This document shows, piece after piece, positions 1 through 11,899 of a DNA stretch of 64,000 nucleotides (position 1 is its first letter; each line of letters begins with the position of its first letter). Origin of the DNA: Macrostomum hystrix (lineage: Eukaryota > Animalia > Platyhelminthes); NCBI GenBank assembly GCA_950097015.1, contig CATNEN010000028.1, positions 1,025,043 through 1,089,042 of the forward strand, in the 5' to 3' direction. The position numbers and the translations under genes were made by a program. Under the pieces are notes generated by a model. The model saw only the letters and a list, made by a program, of their open reading frames with translations. It did no database searches and was not told where the DNA came from.

Positions 1-187
1 AACCACCACCAGATAGGGCCTTTTTTCAATTAAGTCTTGGATTAATTCGACTGCTAACGGGATCAAAATAACTGGGAAATGCTATAATCCTATAAAAACA
101 AGATACTCTATGACGCCGCTTGACGCAGTAACGATTTATCGGCCTACAACTATGACCATAGAAGGTAGCTTTCAAGGTCCAACTAAC

Positions 188-310
188 CCGTTGGTGGAAC
201 GAAGGCGAACAGCAGCTTCCAGAAGACGGTGAGGAAGTGCATCACGTAATCCATGCACGAGGGCAGCTTCTCCTCTCCTTCCTCGTCGGTGCCTCCTTCG
301 TCATCGTCGC
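188..310 (-). CDS. SLC8A: NCX exon (acidic stretch and TM6); the gene continues beyond the window start
   Basis: atctag|GC GAC...ACG G|gttagt; [40 protein letters not shown] matches [30 protein letters not shown]. Confidence 0.97.
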
Positions 311-644
311 CTAGATCCCAATGTGGGATAAATCAATGGGTGGATAAATCAATCGCAATGGATAATTTTACATTTTACGTTTGGAAACTTTTCAGTTAAA
401 ATAAAAATAAAGTCCTAATCCTTATCAACAAAATGTCATGTCTGTTCAAATAATTGCTTCAAATCAATAGGCAAATGGACTGGGAAACCGATTAAGAGTT
501 TATCATGCTTTTTTAACTTAAAACTAACAGAATTCATGACTTTAGTGTTCGTTCAAGTGATGATAAAACAAAAATTATTATTTGAAAGCTTGTGAAATAT
601 GATTTTAGCTGCAGCAGCAGGTTTTGAGTGTCGCTTCCAAAGAC

Positions 645-790
645 TGTGTACAGCTGTTCAGTCCGTGGACTGAACACAAATTTGTGGAAGACAAATTTCT
701 ACCCCCATCAGCTAACGCTGGAACCAATTTTACAGCTGAATAAACAGAAGAACTATGAAATTAATTGTCTTGCTCAAGGACACAAAGAAA
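645..790 (-). mobile_element. 5'-truncated SINE family B copy (CORE/Meta-like central domain)
   Basis: Shares gttcagtcc(a/g)tggactg, cagctaacgctgg(t/a)acc and tgtcttgct(a/c)aagg(g/a)cacaaa with 48601-48829. Confidence 0.7.
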
Positions 791-1540
791 ACAAAAAGGA
801 AACAAACAGCAAACGCGACATATTTTATTAAAAATCAATCGTCGATGATCAGGACACGAGCCGCAAGCTATACTCGCCTGGTGAGTCTGAATCGCCTGCA
901 ATTTATGTGAAATTATCGCTTGAGGAAGATTAGGTTAGACACAGGGAGACTCACACACGCCTCGCACAATGGGTGTTGTGTAGTACTTCGAAAGAAAGTA
1001 TTTCGTAAATATAGTCTTGAGTTGAGAAACTGCTACTCTACTCTTTTTCGGATCATTCGTCTGATCATGACGCAGTCGAATTTAATTTGTAAAAATGTAC
1101 ACACAGGCGCAACGGGACATTGATCTCATTTAGAGATGAGTGGCTGTGACATATCCACTAGGGAATGTCACTTTGCTCAATTTGAGTACACAAGACTAGA
1201 CTAGATTTTAGTGGGAGTGTCACTCTACAGTGTTCAGGATGCAGTTCCGAACCCCGAACAAACCCCGAAGTTTTAAAAGTACTCAAAACATACAGATTAT
1301 GTATGCTATATTAATAACTAGATACTTAAGATTGACAGTGGAGAGTCAGAGAGACAGAGAGACAGAGACGAGCGAGTAATTTAATCCCAAAAGCTTATAA
1401 TCAACGACTAAATTGCTTGCTCGTAGTCGCAGCAACTATTTTGCTAAATTCTATAGCTATAATACACCGGTCAAACACCAAGCCTTCAATCTGAGTCAAA
1501 TATTTACTCAGACTTACTTGCTATAGACTATGTCTTCATA

Positions 1541-2740
1541 GAACTAACTGACACGAGACCTAACTGACACTAGAACTATCTGACACTAGAACTATCTGAC
1601 ACTAGAACTAACTGACACTAGAACAAACTAAAACTGGAACTATCTGACACTAGAACTAACTGACAATATAGAACTAACTGACACTAGAACTAACTGACAC
1701 TAGAACTAACTGACACTAGAACTAACTAAAACTGGAACTAACTGACACTAGAACTAGCTGACACTATAACTAACTGACACTAGAACTATCTGACACTAGA
1801 ACTAAATGACACTAGAACTATCTGACACTAGAAATAATTGACAATATAGAACTAACTGACACTAGAACAAACTAAAACTGGAACTATCTGACACTAGAAC
1901 TAACTGACAATATAGAACTATCTGACACTAGAACTAACTAAAGCTGGAACTATCTGACACTAGAACTAACTAAAGCTGGAACTATCTGACACTAGAAATA
2001 ATTGACAATATAGAACTAACTGACACTAGAACAAACTAAAACTGGAACTATCTGACACTAGAACTAACTAAAACTGGAACTATCTGACACTAGAAATAAT
2101 TGACAATATAGAACTAACTGACACTAGAACAAACTAAAACTGGAACTATCTGACACTAGAACTAACTGACAATATAGAACTATCTGACACTAGAACTAAC
2201 TAAAGCTGGAACTATCTGACACTAGAACTAACTAAAGCTGGAACTATCTGACACTAGAACTAACTGACAATATAGAACTATCTGACACTAGAACTAACTA
2301 AAACTGGAACTATCTGACACTAGAAATAATTGACAATATAGAACTATCTGACACTAGAACTGACTAAAACTGGAACTATCTGACACTAGAACTAACTGAC
2401 AATATAGAACTATCTGACACTAGAACTAACTGACAATATAGAACTATCTGACACTAGAACTAACTAAAGCTGGAACTATCTGACACTAGAACTAACTGAC
2501 AATATAGAACTATCTGACACTAGAACTAACTAAAGCTGGAACTATCTGACACTAGAACTAACTGACAATATAGAACTATCTGACACTAGAACTAACTGAC
2601 AATATAGAACTATCTGACACTAGAACTGACTAAAACTGGAACTATCTGACACTAGAAATAATTGACAATATAGAACTATCTGACACTCGAAGTAACTATC
2701 AGACTAACAGAACTAACAGAACTAACAGAACTAACAGAAA
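1541..2740 (+). repeat. Intronic minisatellite with 16-18-bp units (GAACTA(A/T)CTGACACTA, GAACTAACTAAAACTG, GAACTAACTGACAATATA), ending in a short (AACTAACAG)n run
   Basis: Direct reading of the tandem periodicity. Confidence 0.95.
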
Positions 2741-3185
2741 ATTTCTGAATCCTACACTGCAGGTAATTTAGGAATAAATTGGTCCTAATTTCTTTGAAGT
2801 AATTTATTTTGTAACGAGATACTAGTATAGCCGTTGCGAGCTGCATGCTGCACTCAGTATTCGCTCAGCTAAAAATGATCCCATTGTTCAAGTCCTTCCC
2901 AACGGAATGAATTGGAGGGAAAAGATAAATTTAGAATTGCGCCAGCATGTCGTCTGTCTCTCCCACAGCGTCTGTCTCCATTTTGTCGCGGCGTTGCCTA
3001 CTATGTACACAGAGACAAAATAGGGCTAATTATAGAAAGCTGAATAGATAGGCATAGACAATGGAAAATGATACCTGTGCGATAATTTACTGTCGAAACC
3101 TGGCGATGCAGAGCATCTATCGAACGTTACAGTATCTACCAGCATAAATGCCTAAGGCTTAACTAACAAAACGCACGCAACTCAC

Positions 3186-3285
3186 CCGAGCTGACGGTGA
3201 TAGCCTCGATAAACTGCTCCTTCCAGGATGAAGTTCCAACTACCAGAGAGAGATTGGCCTTCTTCAGCATCCGGTCCACTGTGTT
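3186..3285 (-). CDS. SLC8A: NCX exon
   Basis: cttag|AAC ACA...TCG G|gtgag; NTVDRMLKKANLSLVVGTSSWKEQFIEAITVSS matches NCX TVD.LIKK.NL.LVVGT.SW.EQF.EAITVS. Confidence 0.97.
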
Positions 3286-3365
3286 CTAAGTGAGCAGATA
3301 ACAACAGGGGCCGCTGAGTTGGTTTTAAATTAATATCAGAAAATATTTAAATTATCCCTCCTAAC

Positions 3366-3478
3366 CTTGAATTCAGTGCTCTCAATGATGTTCACTTTTA
3401 GCTTGATAAATTCGCCAAGCTTCGGTCGGCCTCCTTCGTCAATCTGGGCGCAGTCGTGGTCCTCCTCCAGATTGTTGC
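3366..3478 (-). CDS. SLC8A: NCX exon (end of CBD2)
   Basis: ccgcag|GC AAC...TTC AAG|gttag; GGRPKLGEFIKLKVNIIESTEFK matches NCX GRP.LGE..K..V.IEES.EFK. Confidence 0.95.
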
Positions 3479-3599
3479 CTGCGGGCGGTTTGAAAAAAGT
3501 GGTTAGGCTCATGTCTACTAGCTGTACTTGGTCTAAACAACAAATTTTCTGCTGTTTTACGTTCCTTGATAGTAGGAGATAACTGAATGGGATCGGCTG

Positions 3600-4025
3600 G
3601 GGATGTCATGTCTGGGTTAGAGAATTTTGCGGGGTTGGCTAGGGGTGTCATGTCTTAGGTGAGAGAACTGAGTTGGGTTGGTTAGGAGTGTCATGTCTAG
3701 GGTGAGAGAACTGAGTGGGGTTGGTCAGGGGTATGATGTCTAGGGTGAGAGAACTGGGTGGGGTTGGTTAGGGGTATAACGTCTAGGGTGAGAGAACTGG
3801 GTGGGGTTGGTTAGGGGTATAATGTCTAGGGTGAGAGAACTGGGTGGGGTTGGTTAGGGGTATAATGTCTAGGGTGAGAGAACTGGGTGGGGTTGGTTAG
3901 GGATGTCATGTCTAGGGTGAGAGAACTGAGTGGGGTTGGTTAGGGGTATAATGTCTAGGGTGAGAGAACTGGGTGGGGTTGGTTAGGGATGTCATGTCTA
4001 GGGTGAGAGAACTGATTGGGGTTGG
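3600..4025 (+). repeat. G-rich 43-bp minisatellite (~10 copies) in an NCX intron
   Basis: Unit TCTAGGGTGAGAGAACTGGGTGGGGTTGGTTAGGGGTATAATG; tagggtgaga recurs at 3741 and 3784. Confidence 0.95.
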
Positions 4026-5640
4026 TTCAACGTTTCCAATGAGCACCAAACACTACTTTAACTTTCGATTTCCCAGGCACTCAAGGACACACGCAGCCGT
4101 CTGGTGGCCGACAGTCAAATTGATTGGCATTAGGGCAGCGATAATTTAGTGCAAGAATAACACCAAGGGCAGGACAGACTCTGTGCAGGTTTAACTGACA
4201 GCACTGGCTGTGTCTCACACAGTTTCTTGGTCACAGACAGATTTTCGTCCCTAAAGCACAGATTCCACTTTCTCTATTGCGTCAAAGGTCTGACACTAGT
4301 ATTTTGTTTCGCTTATCTATTTCTTTTAAGAATCTGTTTCTTTGCCAACTCCTGAGTGCACTTTTATTCAGCAGCTGCCGCCGCCAGCAGCCGTCCCCGC
4401 GTCCATCTTCGATCCCAGTCTGGCTAAAGGAAGCCGGTGGGCAAGGACTAGAAGACTGTCACACGGGATGCGAACGCAGTAAACTCACAGAAAAAGGCAA
4501 GGGGCGGAATAGATAGACTATCGAAGGCACGATGAAGAAATAAAACATAAAGATGGCAAGAAACTACCCGGGCTGACCAAAGTGACATTTCCTTCCCCCA
4601 ATGCGACTCCCAAGTCTGTTCCCGCTATGTCCTCTCCCAGATGCAGCTGATACAATCAATCAGAGAGAGAGCAGTGGACGGTCATACTAGTCTAGTGAAT
4701 GACACGCTCGCTGGTGTTGGCAATTTTCTCCACACTGCAAAAGATAATGCAGGACTGAGTTGCCAGCTGCCATCGTTACTTAGCTCTTCGACATCGATAA
4801 AACACGTCGTCTTCTTCTTCTTCTTCTTCCACAGACGCATTCCAAAGCACTTCTTGTGCAAATAGAAATATATTTAAAATGGCGTTTTACGCCATATAGA
4901 TTGAATCAGACGCGTAGGAACGCATTGGCTTTGACTTTTTGGGGCTGAAAACTGTCAAGTTTGTGACAGGAAATTGAGTTGAACAGAACCTATTGCTTCT
5001 TTTCAAAAAAATTTAAAGTCAAAACTTATTGTCCGTTAGTTGCAGAAGGCTGGCTTAACAATGGACTTAAATATGTTATTGTTGTTACTGGCTCAATTGG
5101 TTTTTAAGTTTGGTGAACAAAATATTCGTGTCAAAATTTCTGGCCTTAGCACATAGGACGCATGCAAAAGTATCTGATTAGTAAGATTAGTGCTAATGAA
5201 TTTCTAGATTCGAATTTTATTAGCTTTTGTAGTGCGCAGTCACAGAGAGCAGATTGGCCTCACTTTCAGTCCTAGATAAAAGTACATCATCATCTCCAAT
5301 TGGTGACTCTGCAACAGTTTCAATTTAGTGCAACAGACTTCGAAATCAGTGAATTGTATATCTTTTCAATTCGTGTACTTTAGAGTACAGTACATACTGA
5401 TAAGGTTACTGCACAGTACAGTAAACTATTGTATTAGTTACAGAACATTGCTCAGCAACACTTTGAATTCGAATAGCTTCGTACAGGGTAGCGGCTTTCA
5501 TTTGGATCTTCAATTCTGGGTAGTTCTCTTCAAGCGTTATTTTGTTGTTACGAGTCAAATAAGAAAATTTTTTTTTGCGAAAAAGATGAACAATAGTTTC
5601 ATTATACGAGGGTTGCGAGCCCTCGTAATCTCATAAGGTC

Positions 5641-5757
5641 ATCATTTGGTGAAACTATACCCGCAGCCAGCGAGGAGGCAATTCTGCCCATTCCGCTGAC
5701 TCCTGAGCACACGCAGGCACACACTCACACGGGTGTACATCTGCCCTGACTTTTTCA
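5641..5757 (-). mobile_element. SINE family A fragment (3' half)
   Basis: cccgcagccagcgaggaggcaattctgcccattccgctgactcctgagcacac is the reverse complement of the body at 35135-35190 and 54855-54905. Confidence 0.85.
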
Positions 5758-6357
5758 GGGCAGGTTGGTTGATTTTTTTCCAAAAAAATCTTTTGGTCGA
5801 GTATTATCCGCAAACGAAGACAGAAAACAAACAGAAAGTTTCACGTACGAACAAAGACTATGTACAATGACTACAGTTAGGGTAGTACACTAGACTGCAG
5901 CAGGGTTGGTGTGCTAATGCTTGACTAAAGTTATGCACGCCTAGCGACATGATGCTGAAAAAAAACAAAGCAATTTTCCAAGCACTAGCTACTTAGCTAA
6001 CTTACCTGCACTCACAAATAGGCCAGGCATTTTAGTAGGAATAAAACATACTTGACACTTTCTAACGTTACTGCCTTCGGGTATGTACAGTGTCTAACAA
6101 CTCCTTTCCAATTGTTAGTCACACATTCTCTCTGGTGAATCAGTCTTGGATAACTACAGCTGGAACATTAAATTAACAGGACGACAGTGCATTGAGATTG
6201 GCTGCTCAAACGGTTTCTCGAGTCACTGGAAAAAAACTACGCTGACACTTTGCATGCGTCCGAAAATATATACTTTATAAAATCAAGGATAGAAGCAGAA
6301 AAGAGGAGGTCACTAAGCTAGAAATACGGCCTCTAATAGTAGCCAACCAACAATCAC

Positions 6358-6408
6358 CTCCTCCATGTCCGTCGTCTCCATGGCAGTGATGCTCCGGAGT
6401 CTTGGGGT
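6358..6408 (-). CDS. SLC8A: Probable 51-nt cassette exon of NCX (DPKTPEHHCHGDDGHGG)
   Basis: ttttctgtgcag acceptor, gtgatt donor, phase 1-1, open, and lies in the known variable loop. No homology support. Confidence 0.6.
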
Positions 6409-6566
6409 CTGCACAGAAAAAGTTTTCAAAATAATAGTGCGCCGCGTGCTTATTTTCTCTCAGATGAATTTTCTAGGAAACGCGACACCTTTGTAGGCAG
6501 GCTATAAATTAACAAACAGTTGATACATTTGCGGAGCTAAACTGTAGATTTGACTGTCAAACTCAC

Positions 6567-6664
6567 CAACACGCTTCATCAGTATGGGATCGCCCAGCTC
6601 GATAAAGAAGAACTCATTCTTTTCGTATTCCTCGTCGTCGATGATGCGAATTCGTACAGTTTTC
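6567..6664 (-). CDS. SLC8A: NCX exon 3 (CBD2, position equivalent to vertebrate exon A/B)
   Basis: cgtag|G AAA ACT...GTT G|gtgagt; KTVRIRIIDDEEYEKNEFFFIELGDPILMKRV matches IDDEEYEKN of NCX. Confidence 0.96.
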
Positions 6665-6836
6665 CTACGGTGCGAGATGCGAGATGAATTGTTGAATTTG
6701 CAAATGCTCATCTTCTATCTTCTTAGCCCAAAAGTTAGTTTAGAATGAAAACCATATACACAGTTGATTCAAGTTGATTAATTATTCAAACTCCAATGTT
6801 CGATAAAGAATGAATTTTGAGGTGGGTGTGTGGGGG

Positions 6837-7416
6837 CGAGTGGGTCAGCGGCTAACGTCGCTGCCTCGCACTCCACTGGACGCTAGTTCGATTTACCCTT
6901 TAAGTCACGATTAACTTCGGGGCTTGTTGGGGGGTTTGGACAGTAGCGACCGGCGGAGGTGCACCATATTTCGTGCAATCAAAGCTTGAAATAATAGCTT
7001 CGCTCCTACCTTCTGTGTGCCTGTTCTGCGTTGCGTGAGTTGTGTGCGTTGGCGCTGGGGCGTGAGACCTTGCGGGGGGGTGGCTGGAGGGCGGGTGTAC
7101 ACCGCCGCGCGCTTTCTGGACTTCCGTCAGCGCGATTGGATAAGTGTACACTCATCACCCGGCCCCCCTGAGGACTGATTTCTTATCAGCCTTCCGCCCC
7201 GGCTTGGTCTGCTATGTGCGTGTGGGGCTGGGGTGGGGGACACTGCTGCGTATTCTGGGTGCCTCCTGCCCTCCCCGGCTGGTCTGTGCTGCTGTGTGTG
7301 GTGCCTGCTCAGGGGAGGCGGCGCGATGGGCGCAAAAGCGCCTAGTTCGCCGGTCTGGGGGCGTGCCGCTCCGTCGCTTGTGCGACAAGTGCCCCGGGCC
7401 CCCCTGCAAATAGATA
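6837..7416 (+). mobile_element. Full-length tRNA-derived SINE-like element (~580 bp) with an 18-bp target-site duplication
   Basis: Head with A-box-like TGGGTCAGCGG and B-box-like AGTTCGATT. The 3' end CCCCCTGCAAAT resembles the family A end CCCTCCTGCAATT. Identical flanks GAGGTGGGTGTGTGGGGG at 6819-6836 and 7417-7434. Confidence 0.75.
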
Positions 7417-9554
7417 GAGGTGGGTGTGTGGGGGTCTGAGGGTTAATTTGTAGGTGCCAGCCAATCAGCGTTATGTGTGGCTTTAGCGTGTCGAATTTCG
7501 GCCACTCTACACTGTACAACCGGGCTAGACTGTCTATCCATGTACATGTAGCTACCCTGGCCTATGAATTTACCTAAACATGTCTATAAAATAAAAAATT
7601 GGAGTTCGTTATTCCATTTCTATAAAAATGTAAGTGCTTTAAATGCGAAGTTTAATTTTTTTAAATATGCATTCAAATCATTCTTTAAACTGTTCCACGC
7701 AAACTTATAATACGGAAATGAAAATACGCCGCAGCCCACTCGTTCGTGAAACGCGAATGAGGCAATGGGGCGATTCTTTCTGCTGGTAAGTGCATCATCC
7801 TGGCATAAGATTGCATTTAACCCATTTGCAATTGGCTTGTTGCATCTATTTTTTTAGCCAGATACATCCCGGCCGCACGGCCAAGTCTTTCGTTACTGGT
7901 CTAAACCGGATGTTGCGCCCAGGGCAACCGCCGACACGAAAAATGTGGAAAAGGTCACCTCCCATCTGCCCCTCTACTTTCCATTTCGCTTGCTGGCTCT
8001 CTCATCCCTCTCTGGGGGGTGTAGAGCCAGCGGCGTTGGGATTGGGATCAGGAATGGGCGGATCTGGGATTCCGTCGAAGAGAATAGGGAGGGGATATGC
8101 CCCTCCAAAGCCTTCCGACTTTGCGACCCGTTTGGGATGAGGCAGAGGGAAAAGGGTCCCGCCCAGTAGTGCCCGGCGCATCGAATTCTCCCCTTGTCTC
8201 TCTCCCACCTTTGCACTCCAACATTTCCGTTTATGCCTCAAAGACCTTAGTAGAAAGGCGGAGAGCGAGAAGTCGCCGCAGATGCCAATGTTTTCCCATC
8301 GCATTTTATATACACATACTTCCTATTCGACCATCCTACCCTCTCTCTCTCTCTTATACTTTCCACTTCAGATCATCGACTTTCAATTCGATCGAAATGC
8401 AAATCCATTTTAGTGGAGAGCTTCACTAAGAATTCTACACCTGCATCTTCGAAAATTATTCATGGACAGAATTTCTCTCTTGTTAAAAAAATTGACTCAG
8501 GAAAAAACGTCGAATTGAATTCCGCAGCCAGGCCAGACACCTGACACTGATTAATAGGACTCAAAAACTAACTGCGCTTGTACAATTTTAAGAGTACCTG
8601 GGATGACTGGGCGGGGAGGAGATGAAGCTAAACGTGAGTAATCTGTGCCCTTCGGCGGCGGCGGGACGTTGAGGGATTTTTTTGGGGATGTTTGGGAGGA
8701 TTTGTCTATTCCCTTCTCCGCCCTGCCCTGACCTGCCCCAGTCCCAGTCGTCTCGATCTTTTCCTGTTGCTAGACAGAGAAATTGTCCAGAAGTCTATAG
8801 AGCTTACAAAGATCGATTCGCCTTTGAGCAAGGAGGCAGAGAAACCGCGGTCGGTGCATGGGATCTCGGAAAAAGGATTAGTAGGAAGGACATAATTTGG
8901 GAGTCGACTAGGCGTCATCTGTCACAGTATGTGTTCGCTCGAACAAATTTGTGGACTCTGCGGACTGGCCAATCTCTCACTCCCTCGCTGCCAAGACTCA
9001 CGACAGAACCTACTCGTAACTCAAACTTGCTCCGATCAGTCAAACTTCGTCGGGAAGCATCATTGCAGCATTCAATAATATCGGTTTGTTGGGCTCCGAC
9101 ATGACTAAAATCTATTTGGCTTCTATGGAATTCGACAGCAGCCGTCGGTGCTAAATTTGGAATCCAATCCGCTATTTAATTGGACATTGTGCCCATCTTC
9201 TTTCTGCGTTTGCCGCAGCGTCACTCATTTTAGAAGATTAAACTGAGGCTTCCTTTGCTTTTCCTTTGTAGGAGCAGTAAGTAAATGAACGGGCTTGCTT
9301 TAAGCTGATCTATACCATGGCGTTTCTCTCCAATTAGCGAAAGTCCTTCTTCGTTATCTTCGCAGCAGCAGCTGCCGAGAAAATTGATTCGTCTTTATTA
9401 ATCGGTGCGCATGTTAAGGCATACACTTTTGTACTTTTGAAAGACCTGAAGATAAAATGAATCAATTATTGATTTGCCACCCGAAGTGCGACAGCTAAGC
9501 AATGTGCTGATGCGCACTAGAAACGATAGTCCTGCTAGCGTGCTCCCTGGACGA

Positions 9555-9760
9555 GAGGTGGGTGTTCGCATGGAAGAAAAGCGAATTACAGGTGTGGGGG
9601 CATGAGGTGGGTGTGTGGAGGGCGTGAGGTGGGTATATGGAGGGCGTGAGGTGGGTGTACCAAGGGCATGAGTTGGGTGCATGGCGGTGGTGAGGTGGGT
9701 GCATAGCGGTGGTGAGGTGGGTGAATGGAATGCGTGAGGTGGGTATATGGAGGCGGAGGT
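9555..9760 (+). repeat. Degenerate ~22-bp G-rich minisatellite (GAGGTGGGT...GGAGGGCGT)
   Basis: GAGGTGGGT recurs about every 22 bp. Confidence 0.75.
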
Positions 9761-9861
9761 ACATGTACAGAGGTTAATGAAATGTGATGCTTGTGTAAAT
9801 AAACTACATAAAAAGTACTTCACAAAGAATATACGCAAGGCTGCATTTCGAATTTACTCAC

Positions 9862-9976
9862 TCGGTCTCGTCATTGTGAAACTCCAGGTAGTCCTTAACA
9901 GATTCGAAATCCTTTGCATCGCCTTTGGCCGTCCCGTCGACTGTTTTGTAGGGCAATCGAACGATACCACGAGCAC
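9862..9976 (-). CDS. SLC8A: NCX exon 2 (CBD2)
   Basis: aaag|GT GCT CGT...GAG ACC GA|gtgagt; translates (G)ARGIVRLPYKTVDGTAKGDAKDFESVKDYLEFHNDET(E), matching the NCX CBD2 motif GARG.V..P..T..GTA.G. Phases 1/2 fit the neighbouring exons. Confidence 0.96.
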
Positions 9977-10817
9977 CTTTGAATGAAATAATATTGGAAA
10001 CTATTTTATTATCAAACTTTTTGATAAGGTTTGTCAGAATTTTTTTCTAAAATTGAGAAGACGTTGAGAAGTAAAAAAATGGTTTCCAAGTAGATTCAGG
10101 AAAATGGAGCAAATTCACTTTTCGTTCGTTATCTATAAAATGCAAGCCTCATAGCTAGGCCGGGTTGACCTGATTTACATACGCCTGCCCATTAGACTGA
10201 TGCCAGCTAGCCTAGCCATCTAGCTAAGCGATGAGGACAGAAATAAACATGGTTGGATAGCTAGTTATCCTGCAGGATTAGCAGACGTAGATAGCTACTA
10301 GCTGTGGGAGCAGCTACGGTTTTAGATTTCTTCTAGGCGCAGTGAGGAATTCTTCCCCTCCCAGCGGGATTAATCCCCTGCCTCCACGGCCGAACTGCTC
10401 GCGCTCGTGGTCGCCTGGAAGTCGAAGGGCCCTGAGCATTCTACGAGGTCCCATTGGGGGGAGGGGGTAGCCTGGGAGATAGTGTTGCTAAGCGAGGGTT
10501 CGCCCGGGCCAATTTTTTTTAACCGGGCCACTGATCTCAATCAGCTCTGGTGATTCTATCATGCCAAGCCTACTCAAGCAGTGGCAAAATTACTGCTTTC
10601 AATTTTTTGCCAGGTCTTAGTATTTGTATTTCAATTCATATATGCATATTCTTAATATACCAATTTTCTTCATCGAAAACTTTTTACGAAGTAGACGAAG
10701 TAGATTACATTGGCACCACGTCGCTATGATGAGCGAAATAATGTCATCATGGTTTTGTCGCTAGTGTAGCATGGGATCTACAAGGTCCCCTTCATCCTCA
10801 TTTCAGTTTAATCCTCG

Positions 10818-10915
10818 TTCCCCTATATTCTTATTTCCCCTACATTCTTATTCCCCCTACATTCTTATTTCCCCGTACATTCTAGCTTTCCCTACATTAT
10901 TATTTCCCCTACATT
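10818..10915 (+). repeat. 17-bp minisatellite (ATTCTTATTTCCCCTAC), ~6 copies
   Basis: Direct reading. Confidence 0.8.
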
Positions 10916-11899
10916 TTACCTTAAACTAGTTTCCTCTTTATCCTCATTCTTCAATAATCCTCACTTTTCATTCATTATCATTCCCCTTTTTATTCTCAAT
11001 TCAAAAAAATAATTCTAGAATATTCCTAAAGCCCTAATTCCAGCCCCAACAAAGCATTTTTAAAAGTACACCCAAGCCCAGAAAGCAGTTCAATTTGCAA
11101 GCTAATTGTGCGTGGACTAGACAAAAAATGTTGCCTCCAAAGCTGCACAGGGACAGCAGAGTGTTTGCACACCTTGCAAGCCGATCGATAATCCTCAGGA
11201 GCAAATTATGTGAATGCAGTCAAACAGCCTCTTTGTAAACAAAACGTTGCTCTCACAGGCCTCAGTACATCTATATAGTTAATGCAGTTATTTGGCCGCA
11301 TACAAAAATCCACGCAGACTCTTTGGCTCTTCTGGTTACTTTGATACTCTTCTGAGTCCATTGAATCCCGTTTCTTTGCAGTCGAGCCACTCGATTCCCA
11401 ATTAATGGCATGGAGACCCCTCTTGTCTGTGAGCTGTATAGACATAGCTAACTGTAGGATATTTATTAATGACCGACAATTCTGCAAGTGCTCATTAGGA
11501 ATGCGTAATGAACAGATTTACTGCATTTATTATTCGGTCCTACACGTGGTCACTAGGACACTCAATCTCTCTGTCGTGCTTGGCACAAAAACACCAGCTG
11601 TGAGTGTCTCGTTAATGTGATCGCTTATACGAGCGTAATTATCTTGCAGAATGCATAGGGAAATGCTAAGTAGAAGGAATGAGAGAGAGGTCCTGAAGCA
11701 GTTTCAGTTTTCTCTCTGCTGTCTGATGAACACAGACACACAGGCACAATCGAATGCATAAACAGAAGAAGCGTTTACGCAGCATTAAACAAAACGGACT
11801 GATTCACATCGACTGTTGGAATCAGATTATTGCCGAATTGTTTTCTTAGCGCGTCTGAATTGTAATCATTTTGGCTTGCTTTCTGGCAGCAGAACTCAC

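Noticed and set aside
3640-4025. Interstitial telomeric repeat (TTAGGG)
   Set aside because: Only one TTAGGG per 43-bp unit, never in tandem.
7790-9104. ORFs of 100-140 aa in an NCX intron
   Set aside because: Overlapping on both strands, low complexity and without homology; probably old repeat-derived sequence.
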